DNA of 62,530 nucleotides, filler included, from Sphacelaria rigidula (taxonomy: Eukaryota): the NCBI GenBank assembly GCA_964200075.2. It is 9 parts of 9 records of this genome, joined end to end, with 100 filler letters (N's around TTAATTAATTAA, not from the genome) between each part and the next. Parts side by side here need not be neighbours in the genome. Positions count along the whole stretch, not along the records: positions 55,673 to 62,530 come from CAXNAA020017732.1; 8 more parts are not named here. One strand, given 5' to 3'. The number at the start of each line of letters is the position of its first letter. Position 1 is the stretch's first letter. Position numbers and translations under genes: made by a program. Below the pieces are notes generated by a model. The model saw only the letters and a program-made list of their open reading frames with translations. It was not told the origin of the DNA and did no database searches. Shown piece by piece: positions 61,563 to 62,530 of this stretch.

Positions 61563-62530
61563 ACAGTATACTTGAACTTAGAGTGGTGAACCGTTTCGGT
61601 GGGCTGCATCATCAACAGCCCACCAAAACTTCAATTGCAAATCATCATTTCCCATCACCGGTTCCAAAGGGGTCAACAGCAACACACACAAGTATGCAAT
61701 GAAATCCTGCTCTGCTCTGGTGCGCAACCGAATACCTTACTGACGGCAATCCTGTTCTGGTGTTGAGACCATGTACCTGCCAGAAGCCCCAAATTGGTTC
61801 GAGATTACACCGGGGGGGGGGGGCGTTTTCATGTCCAAGTCTCATATGAAATACGATACAAACAGTTCCACACTACCACGAGTTACTTTCATCCCAAACG
61901 GCATACGGATCGCCATGCAGGTAAGAATCTCATGGGGACCAGGCTCGGATAAAGACAAATCGCGTCGAGCTGAGGATTGTGAGCGAATCCGTTCTGGAAC
62001 AGTGATGGCATAAAGCTCTTAGCTGTAGCTGGTGCCAACCCTGGTTCCATCGTTCGCTCTTGACGCTGCTTGCTGCTGTAAACCTCACTACAGACTTGCA
62101 AGCAATATTATTCTGCCACTTATACCTACTTTGCTTCCTTCTGCTCATTCACCATCTCGAGGGTAAGAAGGCGAGTCTTGAGTGAGCTCAAGAAAAATGC
62201 CACTGTCCTACTGGAGGATGGCCGTACTACCTTCTACCAAGTACAAAACTGCCAGCTGTGAAATCATCTGCTGGGTTTGTGCGCTATCGAGGAGAAGGGG
62301 GCGGACGCTGCGACTACAGTGTTCAACACCACTACAGTGTAATTAGTGTATCGGTAACTTGTTCCAGTTTCCATGCCGTTTAGTGGGCTCGCTCTTGCTC
62401 TCTTGTAGGAATGTCTTGCCATGTGACTAGAACAACATTGATCGCCGGCATCAGATTTTTTTCCCTCACACTTTGAACCCCTCCCCTTCCTCGGGATGAG
62501 TCCGTGGTCTCAAGGGATCGACCCATCTCT

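Overview
This window is not one locus. It is nine unrelated contigs of 6859 bp each (the last is 6858 bp), joined by identical 100-nt artificial linkers (44 N + TTAATTAATTAA + 44 N) at 6860-6959, 13819-13918, 20778-20877, 27737-27836, 34696-34795, 41655-41754, 48614-48713 and 55573-55672. Eight contigs look like repeat-rich eukaryotic DNA with GT-AG introns, tentatively from a brown alga or other stramenopile (inference). They hold a partial RBM28/Nop4 gene (4 exons), a partial Rab32/38-like GTPase gene head-to-head with an apparently complete 7-exon ankyrin-repeat gene, a PPR exon, a decayed gag-like retroelement with a CCHC knuckle, and many non-autonomous TIR/foldback transposons. Some of those have readable TSDs, and one insertion is triple-nested. 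Contig 5 (27837-34695) is high-GC actinobacterial DNA carrying a Pup-proteasome locus: ptrB fragment, arc, dop, pup, prcB, prcA and a partial pafA. Three things in that locus are unusual: an antisense, catalytically degenerate PAP2-like membrane protein gene between pup and prcB, a leaderless-type promoter for prcB, and a possible non-canonical GTC start for arc. I found no CRISPR array, rRNA or intact tRNA, and I cannot establish a wholly new system from the sequence alone.
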